From IMG/VR virus record IMGVR_UViG_3300042302_000394, positions 124,001 to 188,000 of that record: a stretch of 64,000 bases of DNA; one strand, given 5' to 3'. The notes beneath the pieces were generated by a model, which was not told where the DNA came from, ran no database searches, and saw only the letters and a list, made by a program, of their open reading frames with translations. Below, piece by piece: positions 8,738 through 18,673 of this stretch; within the stretch, counting starts at the first letter, position 1, and every line of letters starts with the position of its first letter. A program made the translations under genes and the position numbers.

Positions 8738-8767
8738 ATTATACAACAGGATTGCCTTGACTGTCAA
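8738..8767 (-). promoter_or_regulatory. sigma70-type promoter TTGACA-18-TATAAT for tmRNA
   Basis: Consensus hexamers immediately upstream of the tmRNA precursor. Confidence 0.75.
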
Positions 8768-9230
8768 GTTCCATCCAAGTATGATCACCCATATATTTTA
8801 CGTGAGCAATATATTCATAATCTTCAGGAGCACTACTTGACCATCCATCCGGTCCCTGAAACACTAACAATGTTTTTGATTTCCTCTTGTCCCAAGTTAA
8901 CCAGTATGATTGTCCTAGCACAGGGCTGAATTGATATTCAGCGGCATGTACTGCGTCAGTTATTTCTAACCGTCGTTTGATCTGCTGGGCTTGTGTTTCA
9001 AGTACAGATACTAACTGCATAATCCGATCATATTCTTGCTGGGCATATATCCTAGCATGGTTGATCATGATATCTTTTTGCTTAGTTACGGGAACTAGGT
9101 CAAATTTGATACCGCCTGCTTCTGTGGGATATTCACTGACGTTTCTATTGAAGAACGGAATTAACGAACCAGTAGATGTAGAATCATAACTGGTTCTTCC
9201 TTTGGCAAGATTTGAACGTTCATCAGCCAA
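8739..9230 (-). CDS. DUF2452-like protein
   Basis: YPTEAGGIKFDLVPV...QEYDRIMQLVSVL...FSPVLGQSYWL pattern, recalled family resemblance. Confidence 0.65.
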   Translation of the reverse strand: MADERSNLAKGRTSYDSTSTGSLIPFFNRNVSEYPTEAGGIKFDLVPVTKQKDIMINHARIYAQQEYDRIMQLVSVLETQAQQIKRRLEITDAVHAAEYQFSPVLGQSYWLTWDKRKSKTLLVFQGPDGWSSSAPEDYEYIAHVKYMGDHTWMELDSQGNPVV

Positions 9231-9369
9231 TTCGGGTCCAGTTTAACACGTTACCTGAACCGTACTGTGCTTCTGCAAGCATCTTGGCCTGCAGGTCATC
9301 GTTAGCATTTACGCGAACGTGTGCGGTTTGATATGCGTTAAGTCGGATCCAAACTTCGTATGTGTACAT
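9223..9369 (-). CDS. small hypothetical protein (48 aa)
   Basis: ATG 9369 directly after csp stop; end overlaps next gene start. Confidence 0.6.
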   Translation of the reverse strand: MYTYEVWIRLNAYQTAHVRVNANDDLQAKMLAEAQYGSGNVLNWTRIG

Positions 9370-9370
9370 T

Positions 9371-9580
9371 TTAAACTTTCTTAGTTGATCGAATATTTTG
9401 AGCTTGCTTACCTTTGTCACCTTCAGTTAGATCAAATTCTACTTCTTGTCCAACTGCCAGTGTCTTATATCCTTCCATTTGGATTTGACTAAAGTGTGCA
9501 AACACATCATCAGTTGTACCATCTGGAACGATAAATCCAAAACCTTTTGAATTATTAAACCATTTAACTTTTCCCTGCAT
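9371..9580 (-). CDS. cold-shock domain protein
   Basis: GKVKWFN..KGFGFI (RNP1), DVFAHFS (RNP2). Confidence 0.95.
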   Translation of the reverse strand: MQGKVKWFNNSKGFGFIVPDGTTDDVFAHFSQIQMEGYKTLAVGQEVEFDLTEGDKGKQAQNIRSTKKV

Positions 9581-9600
9581 ACTGCTTCCTACTTGTTTAT

Positions 9601-9629
9601 ATTATACTGTGATTTTACCAGTTTGTCAA
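9601..9629 (-). promoter_or_regulatory. sigma70-type promoter TTGACA-17-TATAAT
   Basis: Perfect consensus upstream of the cold-shock gene. Confidence 0.8.
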
Positions 9630-9633
9630 CCGA

Positions 9634-10461
9634 TTATTTGGTAATTCTCCAGCAACTTACCCAACTTGGATTACTTGCCGCTGTACCACCCGGGTATGAA
9701 ATTGTAACATCGCCATCATTTGGATTATTACTTGCTTTTGGACTTTGATTCCCGCCAACAAAAGTAAACTTTCCATTGTTAGCCGTGTAGACAAAGTTTA
9801 CGTGCCTATAACTCCAAAATGCAATATCACCTGGCTGTGCTTGATCTTTAGGTACCTGCACTGCACCCCAACGTTCGGGTGTGGTTGTTATTGCGGCTGC
9901 ACTTGCAGTCTGGACATATTTGTATCCTGAACACTTTAATCCAAAGTTTATGAAACCCATGCACCATGCAGTTTGATCACTGACCCACGGTCCTGAATTA
10001 GGGTATCCTAGATTGGACCATATACCTGTAATATTTTTATTACTAACGCCTCCGGCCTGACCAGTTTCTCTCCACATACCTCGACCTGCTTCTTCCATAG
10101 TGCGTTGCAAGAACGGAACGATATCGGATGCTGAAGTCGATGTGCTAACTGTACCTGTATTGAATGTTTGGTCTTCAATAGGTGCGTAATTTCCTTTTAC
10201 TCCGTCAACTGCTGCCTCTGGAGTATAATATTGATTTTGTCCGGAAGGGTTTGCTATCTGCGCCGCAACAAGATCGTTTGTCTGAGTTGCAATAGCAACT
10301 TCTACATCAGGCGGAATTGTTATTGCACTAGATGCACTTACACCTGCAAAGGCAGAACTGCCCCCGGGTGCAAGCCACAAGGCGACAGGAACATTGTTTA
10401 CATACACATTTCCGCTGCGATATACATCGCTAATTCTACCACCACCAGGAATATAAGGCAT
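9634..10461 (-). CDS. virion-associated peptidoglycan hydrolase, CHAP/NlpC-like (TIGR02594-like)
   Basis: DQTAWCMGF (catalytic Cys), HVNFV (His), GGNQS. Confidence 0.65.
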   Translation of the reverse strand: MPYIPGGGRISDVYRSGNVYVNNVPVALWLAPGGSSAFAGVSASSAITIPPDVEVAIATQTNDLVAAQIANPSGQNQYYTPEAAVDGVKGNYAPIEDQTFNTGTVSTSTSASDIVPFLQRTMEEAGRGMWRETGQAGGVSNKNITGIWSNLGYPNSGPWVSDQTAWCMGFINFGLKCSGYKYVQTASAAAITTTPERWGAVQVPKDQAQPGDIAFWSYRHVNFVYTANNGKFTFVGGNQSPKASNNPNDGDVTISYPGGTAASNPSWVSCWRITK

Positions 10462-10470
10462 AAGTTTAGT

Positions 10471-10938
10471 TTACAATGGAATAGCGGTACCGGTTATCTT
10501 ATACCAGTTACCGTTAAAATAAAATGCAGGCTTACTATTATCATTGGATACAGCACCTATCATACCGTTATCTGGATCAATGCTAATAGGGGTATCTACA
10601 ATGACAATGTTTTGAGTTACGGCTAATACTGCGCCCGAAGTGTTATTTTCTCTTAATTGGACGATGAAAAATTCTGGACCTTCAGGTGGTGTAGTAGTGT
10701 TTGTCGACATTGTTTTGGTAAAGGTAACTACACCGGATAATAAACTATCCGGTAATGTAATGTCTCCCCAAAGCCCAAAAACATCAGAAAAGTCTGTTGC
10801 ATTAGCAAATGTACTGGTTCCTGATTTAATAGTAACACCGTATGTACTAGTAGAACCGTCAGTTACATCAACCGTAAAAACAACACTGCCGCCTTCATCG
10901 ACTTCTATAATGTCCGGGGTAATAGAATATATCGCCAT
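10471..10938 (-). CDS. Calx-beta/Ig-like structural protein
   Basis: VDEGGSVVFTV...PEGPEFFIVQL beta-sandwich pattern. Confidence 0.55.
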   Translation of the reverse strand: MAIYSITPDIIEVDEGGSVVFTVDVTDGSTSTYGVTIKSGTSTFANATDFSDVFGLWGDITLPDSLLSGVVTFTKTMSTNTTTPPEGPEFFIVQLRENNTSGAVLAVTQNIVIVDTPISIDPDNGMIGAVSNDNSKPAFYFNGNWYKITGTAIPL

Positions 10939-10959
10939 ATTGATCTCTTAAACTAGTAT

Positions 10960-11247
10960 TTAAGCCATTGCTATACCAGTAGTACCTTGCATATATTGAT
11001 CTGCGGCTTCCTTTTGACTAGGTACCATACAAAATACGTGTGCTTTTTGTAATGTGATTATATTTTTTGCACCCAAGAACAACCAAGGAATCATTCCTAA
11101 TCCTTGTGCATTCATAGTCAATGCTTTTGGTCTGTCTAATTTAATCTCAGTGGCTGTTTCGCCTTCAAAACGTGCGATAATTTCGTCACCGTTTAATAAT
11201 TTAAGACTTACTACATCTCCTGTAGCGATTTGTTTTTCTAATAACAT
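10960..11247 (-). CDS. Sm/LSm-like fold hypothetical protein
   Basis: VVSLKLLNGDEIIARFEGE...IKLDRP pattern. Confidence 0.5.
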   Translation of the reverse strand: MLLEKQIATGDVVSLKLLNGDEIIARFEGETATEIKLDRPKALTMNAQGLGMIPWLFLGAKNIITLQKAHVFCMVPSQKEAADQYMQGTTGIAMA

Positions 11248-11250
11248 GTT

Positions 11251-11409
11251 TTATCCTTTTCGTTGTGCTAAAATGTTTATGTCTTGTTTACGTCGGGCGT
11301 TTTCTCTTTCTATAAAAGAGACACGCTGATTTAATTCTTTAACCTGCTGAGTTAGCCTAGCAAGTTGCTGCTCAAGTGCAGCTATCTTTTGATCTTTAGG
11401 ATCCGTCAT
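11251..11409 (-). CDS. small coiled-coil protein (52 aa)
   Basis: MTDPKDQKIAALEQQLARLTQQVKELNQRV...; fills the gap between neighbours; below ORF-track cutoff. Confidence 0.7.
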   Translation of the reverse strand: MTDPKDQKIAALEQQLARLTQQVKELNQRVSFIERENARRKQDINILAQRKG

Positions 11410-11842
11410 CTTTCTTCTCAGGTATCTCGCACAGTGCTTCTAGAGTTTTATAATGCTGGTATGCTTTCTGGAGTGCCTCAAAGTGCTCTAACTTGGCCGG
11501 ATCCGGAGTTAGGATAGCCAGTCTCTTTTCAATAGTAGTTAACAGTTCTCCAAGGCTTCGGCCCTTCCATTTAATGTCGCCATCAAACTTAGCATCGCTA
11601 GTAACGTGTAGCCCTGCGTGTGACATGCTTGCTACGCTGGAATTAGCAGTTGTAAAAACATAAGGGTTAGTTGCCCATGTTCCGTTACCCCCTGCTCCAG
11701 TAGATACATAATAAGATCCCGAAGCTCCTGTTGCACCAGTTGATGAAAAAGAGTAGTTCATCGTATTGCTAATGTCTATTGACATGGTATTGTCGAGTGG
11801 ATCATCTAAAGAGATGGATAGTTCATCATCACTATTAGCCAT
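11396..11842 (-). CDS. hypothetical protein
   Basis: 148-aa ORF overlapping both neighbours. Confidence 0.7.
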   Translation of the reverse strand: MANSDDELSISLDDPLDNTMSIDISNTMNYSFSSTGATGASGSYYVSTGAGGNGTWATNPYVFTTANSSVASMSHAGLHVTSDAKFDGDIKWKGRSLGELLTTIEKRLAILTPDPAKLEHFEALQKAYQHYKTLEALCEIPEKKDDGS

Positions 11843-12059
11843 TTAGTTTTGCCTTTAGTTCGGTGAAGCCGCCAACTAGCTCCCCATCTAAAAAGATTTG
11901 GGGAACTGCTCTAGCTGTTGGTACAGCTTCTAATAATTCTTCTTTGGTATAACCATCACCTATTTTCTTTTCTTCAAAGGCAATGCCTTTCTGTTTTAGT
12001 AATGCCTTTGCTTGATCGCAGTAGGGGCAATGGTACTTAGACCACACAATCGCTTTCAT
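11835..12059 (-). CDS. glutaredoxin
   Basis: CPYC active site, VPQIF, VGGF. Confidence 0.93.
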   Translation of the reverse strand: MKAIVWSKYHCPYCDQAKALLKQKGIAFEEKKIGDGYTKEELLEAVPTARAVPQIFLDGELVGGFTELKAKLNG

Positions 12060-12084
12060 TTTATATTTCCTTTAAACTGATAAT

Positions 12085-12411
12085 TCATACTCTAAAACTT
12101 TCACCGCATCCACATCGGTCACGTTCGTTAGGATTCTTAAATTCAAATCCTTCATTAAGTCCGTTGCGTACCCAGTGTACTTCCAATCCATTAACATACG
12201 GATAAGATTTTCCATCTACCCAAACTTTAACACCGTTGCTTTCGTAGACAAATTGATCGCGAGTTACTGGAACATGATCTACAAATTCTAACGTATAAGC
12301 CAAGCCAGAACACCCTGTGGTTTTTACACCGATACGTATCCCTAGCCCTTTGCCTCTTCGTTCTAGATGTTTCTTAACTTTAGCGGCAGCTTGTTCCATT
12401 AATGTTATCAT
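12085..12411 (-). CDS. iscA: iron-sulfur cluster assembly protein IscA
   Basis: GCSGLAY, CGCGESF. Confidence 0.92.
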   Translation of the reverse strand: MITLMEQAAAKVKKHLERRGKGLGIRIGVKTTGCSGLAYTLEFVDHVPVTRDQFVYESNGVKVWVDGKSYPYVNGLEVHWVRNGLNEGFEFKNPNERDRCGCGESFRV

Positions 12412-12786
12412 TTAATGTTTTTTACGATAATCTTCAACAGCAGCTTTAATAGCATCTTCAGCCAATATACTGCAATGTATCTTAACGGGCGGTAGTGCTA
12501 ATTCTTCAGCAATCTGGCTATTACGAATGTTACTAGCATCATCCACATGCATTCCTTTAACCATCTCAGTGACAAGACTGGAGCTGGCGATTGCTGAACC
12601 ACATCCATATGTCTTGAAACGAGCATCTCTAATAATACCATTTTCATCTACCTTTATCTGTAATTTCATTACGTCACCGCAAGCAGGTGCACCGACCATG
12701 CCTGTACCTACAGTGTCGTCTATTTCAAACTTACCTACATTACGAGGGTTTTCGTAATGGTCAATTACTTTATTTGAGTATGCCAT
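12412..12786 (-). CDS. iscU: Fe-S cluster scaffold IscU
   Basis: MAYSNKVIDHYENPRNVG, PACGDVM, YGCGSAIASSS, LPPVKIHCS; start moved to 12786. Confidence 0.95.
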   Translation of the reverse strand: MAYSNKVIDHYENPRNVGKFEIDDTVGTGMVGAPACGDVMKLQIKVDENGIIRDARFKTYGCGSAIASSSLVTEMVKGMHVDDASNIRNSQIAEELALPPVKIHCSILAEDAIKAAVEDYRKKH

Positions 12787-12790
12787 AGTT

Positions 12791-13891
12791 TTATAAATCC
12801 GGTAATTCGTCGTAACTAACTGCATCACTCATAACACCGATGACATAGTTAGTACTTTCGTTTTCTTGCAAGGCGGTCTGTTTCTTATTGATATTAACGT
12901 GTTTGTTGAACCAAGGGATAGGACTAAACTTAGGATGCTCTCCTTGATACTTAATACCAATTTCCTTTAAACGCACAAACGCAGTGTAGTCAACAAAGTC
13001 AGACAGGATAGTAGCATTAAGGCCAATAACTGGTCCTAGCTTGAACAAATAATCTGCCCACTCTTTTTCTTCTCGGATGACATCCATATAGAGGGTATAG
13101 ACTTCTTCTGCACATTCTTCTTCAAGTTTTACAAAGTCTGTATCATCTTTAGTCACGTTGTTGATCAGCCAGGCAGTCCATTCTGTATGTAACAACTCAT
13201 CTTGTAGAATCAAACTGATGATGTTACCGTTGCCAATATAGATCTTATTCTCTACCATTGCTAGACTTGTGGCAAAACTTACCATGAAGCGTAGAGCCTC
13301 CAATGCATATGATGCGTGTAAGGCCAACCATATGGCTCGCTTATGAGTATGGAGTTCAATTTCCTCGCCCAACTCTTTACGACAGTTGAGCTGATGAAGA
13401 TCCTCATAGTAGCGACCAATGTTAGCAGCCATGCCAACAATTTCAGCCGTGTCGTGAATCTTGTTAAATTCTTCTTTAGGTACGCCATAGACATTACGAA
13501 TAATGTGACTGTAAGATTTTGAGTGAATATTTGTTTCAAAGAAACTCCAATTGCTTACTAATGCTTCTAGTTCAGGAATACTGATAACAGGTTGAAATAC
13601 TTGATTAGGTGCGCGACCTTGAATACTATCTAATGCTGTCTGACGCAGTAAGTTACTAGTAAAAATATGCTTAACTGCATCACTTGCATCCTTGTGATCC
13701 ATCTTGTCTTTAGTAAGACTGATCTCTTCTGGGACCCAAAAGAATCCACGAGCAAGTTCTTCGTACTTGGTAATCTTAGGGTACTTGACTTCTTCAAAGC
13801 GTTGCACAGTAACTGGACCAGCTGGATCCAGAAACATTGTACGTTTTAGATAGTTTGTTTGTTTTGATAGATTGTATTGTTCTTTGCTCAT
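12791..13891 (-). CDS. nrdB: ribonucleotide reductase class Ia beta subunit
   Basis: FFWVPEEISL, ETNIHSKSY, EALRFMVSF, DELLH, QENESTNY. Confidence 0.95.
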   Translation of the reverse strand: MSKEQYNLSKQTNYLKRTMFLDPAGPVTVQRFEEVKYPKITKYEELARGFFWVPEEISLTKDKMDHKDASDAVKHIFTSNLLRQTALDSIQGRAPNQVFQPVISIPELEALVSNWSFFETNIHSKSYSHIIRNVYGVPKEEFNKIHDTAEIVGMAANIGRYYEDLHQLNCRKELGEEIELHTHKRAIWLALHASYALEALRFMVSFATSLAMVENKIYIGNGNIISLILQDELLHTEWTAWLINNVTKDDTDFVKLEEECAEEVYTLYMDVIREEKEWADYLFKLGPVIGLNATILSDFVDYTAFVRLKEIGIKYQGEHPKFSPIPWFNKHVNINKKQTALQENESTNYVIGVMSDAVSYDELPDL

Positions 13892-13903
13892 GTGTGGTTC
13901 TCT

Positions 13904-16234
13904 TTATAATTTACAGGCTTCGCAATCATCATCGTACAATACTACATTATCTGCGGCATTGATTGCAATGGGGATAGATATGTTAGTGTTTGTTACATCT
14001 GCCTTTGCACCCATTTTATTAATTAAACTGTAATAGATTGTCTTAATGCCCCATTTGTAGGCTAACATTAAATTTTTAGCAATTAATGTACCCGGCACTT
14101 TTCCTCCAGCAAAATGTGCCGGGTTGTAGAATGTATTAGTGCTCAGGCTTTGATCAATGTAGGCAGCAAGCACAGCACTGGTCTTCAAATAGTCAACACA
14201 GTCCTTCTGATCCCACATCAACTGATAACGATTCTTTAGACGTTTGTACTCTGGCACGACTTGTACAAACGATCCAGCTTTCGATTCCTTTACAGAAATC
14301 AATTCCATCGGCATTTCAATTCCGTTGGTAGAGTTTAACACAACTGAACTGGACTCTACTGGTGCCACGGCCATTAAGGTAGCATTACGAATACCGTACT
14401 TGATCATTCTTTCACGTAATGGTTCCCAATCCATACTAGGAGTAAAGTCAGTTAATTCGTTAACTCCAGGTTTACGACGCTCCCAGGGAAACACTCCCTT
14501 ACCATAGTAAGTGTACTGACTACGTCCGCATGGGCCACGTTCTTGGGCAAGCTCGACACTCATTTCGGTTAGGTAGTATGCTTGGTGTTCCGTCCAACGC
14601 TTAACTTCAGCTAATGCTTCATCGGTCCCGTATTTGAAACTTTTACGTGCATGCCAGTAAGCAAGATTAGTAATGCCAACTCCAAGTGGTTCGAAGTCTT
14701 GATTAGCGAGTTTACTTTGTACACTTAAAAAATCTTGATATTGTAGTAAATTACTTAAACTTCGGACCAGCACACGACAGGCTTTTCTCATCTCTTGTGG
14801 GTTACGGAACGCTCCCCAGTTGATGCTGCCAAGAGTGCAAAGAGCAATTCGTCCCTCTGGATCTTCAATTCTCTGGAAAGGGCGGGTGGGTAAAAGTATC
14901 TCCTGGCATAAGTTTGATTGATATATTGGATCCAAGGTTGTATCAAATGGACCCTGGTTAATAACGTTGTCGATATTGACAAGATATATACGCCCCGTAT
15001 CAGTTCGCTCTTTAAGGATTCCATTTTTGAATATCTCATCCGCTGATACAACTTTCTTTTTCTTTGTCTTATCTTGTTCATATTGTAGATACAACTTTTC
15101 AAATTCTGCTGAGTCTCTGTAGTAGGCTTCGTATAGATCCGGAACTTCTGCTGGATCAAACAAACTCATTGTTTCGCCACGCTTATACCGATTCCAGAAC
15201 ATAGCATTAACAACAACACTATAGTCCATTTGGCGTACCCGCACTTCCTCGGTACCTTGGTTGTTCTTTAGAACAATAAGGTCCTCAAACTGATAATGCC
15301 AGATGGGAAAAGTTACTGTACAGCTAGCATTACGAATACCGCCTTGACTGCAACTGCGAAGGTCTGCAAACCATTTCTTTAAGAATGGTATCATACCCGT
15401 ATGCTTGATCTCACCGTTGCGAATAGGGGCCCCTAAGGGGCGGATTCTGCCAATTTCGAGACCAATTCCGGCTCGTTTTGAAGCATATTTGGCCATCATT
15501 TCGCCTGCGGCAAAGATCGAATCAAGAGTATCATCACTACTAATAAGTACGCAACTACTGAATTGTTTAGTTGTGGTGCCAAGGCCAGCAAGGACAGGGG
15601 TAGCTAAAGTAAAGTGGCCATCACTTGCACACTCATAATATTCCTTTACTAATTTTAGTCTTTTATCCTTAGATTCATTGTGAAAAGCTGTTGCGGCGGC
15701 AATAGCATAACGAACCTGAGGAGTTTCATAGATTATACCTGTAGCACGATTTTGTACTAGATACTTTTCAGCCAATTGTGCCACGGCTGCATAGGTATAG
15801 TTTTCATCTTTGCTATGATCAATGAATAGGTCAATAATATCCCATTCTTCTTGTGTATACCATTCTAGCAGATCACTAGTATACATACCTAGCTCTACAT
15901 TCTTTTTAACAATGCTGTATAGTTTAGGAGGATCATACTCTCCGTATACTTCTTTACGTAACATACTGACTTTTTGCCTGCCAGCTACCTGTTGATAGTT
16001 TACATTATTAATTTCTGGATTTTCTGTTTCGTCGATCAAGTCGACCATTGCTTTTAACAGTAGTTCGTCGATGGTTTTAGTGGTCATTCCGTCGTGTAGT
16101 TCAATCTGTGCCTTGATCTCAATCATGGATGGACTTACTCCATCTATACCTCTACACGAATATGCTACCTGTCTTTGTATCTTTGCTATGTCTAAGGGGA
16201 CACGATTCCCATTACGTTTAACCACTGTAATCAT
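13904..16234 (-). CDS. nrdA: ribonucleotide reductase class Ia alpha subunit
   Basis: N-terminal ATP cone, FSSCVLI, QSNLCQEI, C-terminal CEAC; uninterrupted. Confidence 0.96.
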   Translation of the reverse strand: MITVVKRNGNRVPLDIAKIQRQVAYSCRGIDGVSPSMIEIKAQIELHDGMTTKTIDELLLKAMVDLIDETENPEINNVNYQQVAGRQKVSMLRKEVYGEYDPPKLYSIVKKNVELGMYTSDLLEWYTQEEWDIIDLFIDHSKDENYTYAAVAQLAEKYLVQNRATGIIYETPQVRYAIAAATAFHNESKDKRLKLVKEYYECASDGHFTLATPVLAGLGTTTKQFSSCVLISSDDTLDSIFAAGEMMAKYASKRAGIGLEIGRIRPLGAPIRNGEIKHTGMIPFLKKWFADLRSCSQGGIRNASCTVTFPIWHYQFEDLIVLKNNQGTEEVRVRQMDYSVVVNAMFWNRYKRGETMSLFDPAEVPDLYEAYYRDSAEFEKLYLQYEQDKTKKKKVVSADEIFKNGILKERTDTGRIYLVNIDNVINQGPFDTTLDPIYQSNLCQEILLPTRPFQRIEDPEGRIALCTLGSINWGAFRNPQEMRKACRVLVRSLSNLLQYQDFLSVQSKLANQDFEPLGVGITNLAYWHARKSFKYGTDEALAEVKRWTEHQAYYLTEMSVELAQERGPCGRSQYTYYGKGVFPWERRKPGVNELTDFTPSMDWEPLRERMIKYGIRNATLMAVAPVESSSVVLNSTNGIEMPMELISVKESKAGSFVQVVPEYKRLKNRYQLMWDQKDCVDYLKTSAVLAAYIDQSLSTNTFYNPAHFAGGKVPGTLIAKNLMLAYKWGIKTIYYSLINKMGAKADVTNTNISIPIAINAADNVVLYDDDCEACKL

Positions 16235-16269
16235 GAGGTACTTCCTTTATTTTTCTTCTAAGCTGGTAT

Positions 16270-16704
16270 TTACCTGGGGGCAGTAACTTCAACTAGATTT
16301 TCTATCTTAAATGACCCGTTGACTTTATCAACTGGTACAGGTCCGTTGTCGTCATAATTGACAACCCACTTATCATCAATATAAACTAAATTATACTCTC
16401 TCGTTTGGTTGTTGTCTACTAAAGTGCGGACTTCAATGTTACTATCCTTAAATTTTTTTGTCAATTTAAGCGTCCAGCTAATCATTAGTGCTTTGGTAAA
16501 ATCGTCGTAGACGTTTTCTACAATAATTTCCCAAGGACTGGGCCAGCTTTGTTGATAGTAAGGATCAATTGATCTATTATATGGTATGAAGGGGGCATGG
16601 TGCCAAAAATCCCAAACTACCTGTAAGGGATTCTCAACCTCGTCTAATTTCCTTCTATGATTTGTCCACTCTGTTAATCTGTCATCTACAGGTTGGTTAA
16701 ACAT
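16270..16704 (-). CDS. hypothetical protein
   Basis: 144-aa ORF directly downstream of the tailspike-like gene. Confidence 0.7.
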   Translation of the reverse strand: MFNQPVDDRLTEWTNHRRKLDEVENPLQVVWDFWHHAPFIPYNRSIDPYYQQSWPSPWEIIVENVYDDFTKALMISWTLKLTKKFKDSNIEVRTLVDNNQTREYNLVYIDDKWVVNYDDNGPVPVDKVNGSFKIENLVEVTAPR

Positions 16705-16711
16705 ATTTTCC

Positions 16712-18643
16712 TTACAGCATTAATTTATTTTGGAATTCAAGAACTACGGGAACTGTTATAACAGGACCAAAATTTGTGTCTGTATTTAAACTTGCACTAA
16801 TTTCGTAATAGCTTCCTGTATTATTTACGCTGACAAAGAACGCTAGGCCACCGTCTGAATTAATAAAGTTGTAATCGTCAGTGACCAATACATTAGGGTT
16901 TGCACTATCTTGTAGGTAAACACCTAGGTTACCCATTCTATCTAACTGTGAAGCAAAAGCTAAAATGTCAGTTGCCGCCAATGTAACAGTATTTGAAAAT
17001 GTGATCGTATTTGTATCATAATCAACCGCATCAATTACTGTATTAGGTGGAATAACTGAAGTTACTGTAGAAGCTACAAGAATTTCAACGGTAGAAAACT
17101 CTAACACTGAAGTAGTATCATTTATAGTAGCAGTGGTTCCGTTTATTGTGCCAATAATAACAGTAGCAGTACTTGCTCCTGCATTTTGTCTAAATGCACT
17201 GTACTTAATACCTAAATGTTGACTGTTGCCTGTAATAGGTAATCTTAAGAAGGTAGTTGCAGTGTTGCCAGGATAGATAGTTGCAGTGGTAACAAATACT
17301 TCGTCTAGTGTAGTTCTTCCGTCAACTAGAGGTCTATAATATGTAGTTAAAGGAGTGTTGATATATTGCTTATGAACAAGTGCTCGTCTAAAATGATCAT
17401 TGATGCTGGAGTTTTGATCAGATAAGAAACTAATAACCGCGCTGGCGGTTGATCCTATGTCACCGTATTCGTCATCGTGTCGTATGCCAACTCTTTCAAA
17501 AAAGTTGTTCTGACTTATTACATAACTACCTGTGTTAGAACCATTACTACCTACGTAAATAGCTTCTCGTTCTATAACATCAAATCTGTTGTTGGCAATT
17601 TTTACAAAGGTAGGTCCAACTAAGGCTGTTCCGTCTTTAGGATCATTAAATGTTACGCCTCTTACCAATGTATTAAATTCTGAGTTTTGAATCGTAATTG
17701 TTTTAATATCATGATTAGATATAACTCCAGAATAAAGACCATCAAAGGAACAATTGTCAATAATAGAATTAGCATGTGTTCCGTTTTCTGTCTTACCTCG
17801 TAGGTTTAATCCTACGTAACCTGATGTAGTTAATACTCCAGTTCCCGTTGTGTGATTGCCTTTAAACTCTACATTCCTAATTAACGAGTTGTCGGCACAG
17901 TCAAGACTTAACAAACTCATTGCTGATGTAACAGTTGTAGCTGTATTATACTGTAATGTAAGATCACTCATTTGAATGAATCTTGCAGTACCTGTAGTTA
18001 CAAAACCACCTGAGTCGAATGTAAGTGGGTTAAGGCCACTGACGGACCGACTATCCATTGTTTTAATCATAGCAGATGTATTCGTTGTCAAAACAAATAC
18101 AGTCTTTCCAATACCATCACCTATAATATTAGTATAAGCAGGAATATAAACAGTTCCTGTTATGTAATATGTACCGGCTGGAAAATACAACTTTTTAGCC
18201 GGATCAATATTGTACTTTGCATTATTTAAAAACAGCCTATCAATAGTAAATTGTAACCTATCTAGATCCCAATCATTACCATTGCCGTAAACTCCAAAAT
18301 CTCTTACACTAACAATATCATCTAATTTATCTTGTATAGTTCGATCCCATTCGGCACCACCATACTCAGTAATACCGTCAATTCCTGCCACAGCAGAAGC
18401 CGAACCTTCTCTATAGATATAAGTTGATGTTGTGAAACTAACTTGGAAGAAGTTCTTCAGATGATTTTCTGTTAGAATTTCTACATTTGCGTCACGTGAC
18501 CCACCGTCATCTCTTCTTAAGCCGACGAACAGACGTTCTGTATCAGCAGCCCAAGCAAATTCGCCACCTGCAAGTGCAGGTATTCCTGTTTGATTTTCTT
18601 GTCCTCTTCGGACCTGGATTTTTGCAATCTCGATGACAGCCAT
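16712..18643 (-). CDS. tailspike-like protein with pectate-lyase (beta-helix) domain
   Basis: N-terminal IQVRRG...GEFAWA; VSVRDFGVYGNG...LYFPAGTYYI. Confidence 0.75.
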   Translation of the reverse strand: MAVIEIAKIQVRRGQENQTGIPALAGGEFAWAADTERLFVGLRRDDGGSRDANVEILTENHLKNFFQVSFTTSTYIYREGSASAVAGIDGITEYGGAEWDRTIQDKLDDIVSVRDFGVYGNGNDWDLDRLQFTIDRLFLNNAKYNIDPAKKLYFPAGTYYITGTVYIPAYTNIIGDGIGKTVFVLTTNTSAMIKTMDSRSVSGLNPLTFDSGGFVTTGTARFIQMSDLTLQYNTATTVTSAMSLLSLDCADNSLIRNVEFKGNHTTGTGVLTTSGYVGLNLRGKTENGTHANSIIDNCSFDGLYSGVISNHDIKTITIQNSEFNTLVRGVTFNDPKDGTALVGPTFVKIANNRFDVIEREAIYVGSNGSNTGSYVISQNNFFERVGIRHDDEYGDIGSTASAVISFLSDQNSSINDHFRRALVHKQYINTPLTTYYRPLVDGRTTLDEVFVTTATIYPGNTATTFLRLPITGNSQHLGIKYSAFRQNAGASTATVIIGTINGTTATINDTTSVLEFSTVEILVASTVTSVIPPNTVIDAVDYDTNTITFSNTVTLAATDILAFASQLDRMGNLGVYLQDSANPNVLVTDDYNFINSDGGLAFFVSVNNTGSYYEISASLNTDTNFGPVITVPVVLEFQNKLML

Positions 18644-18673
18644 AAAAAATATCCCCGTTATGGGATATTTATC

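Noticed and set aside
8282-8840. Plus-strand ORFs of 118 and 62 aa
   Set aside because: Antisense to the tmRNA gene, TTG/GTG starts, no protein-like features
12791-16234. Introns, inteins or homing endonucleases in nrdA/nrdB
   Set aside because: Both genes are continuous and of normal length
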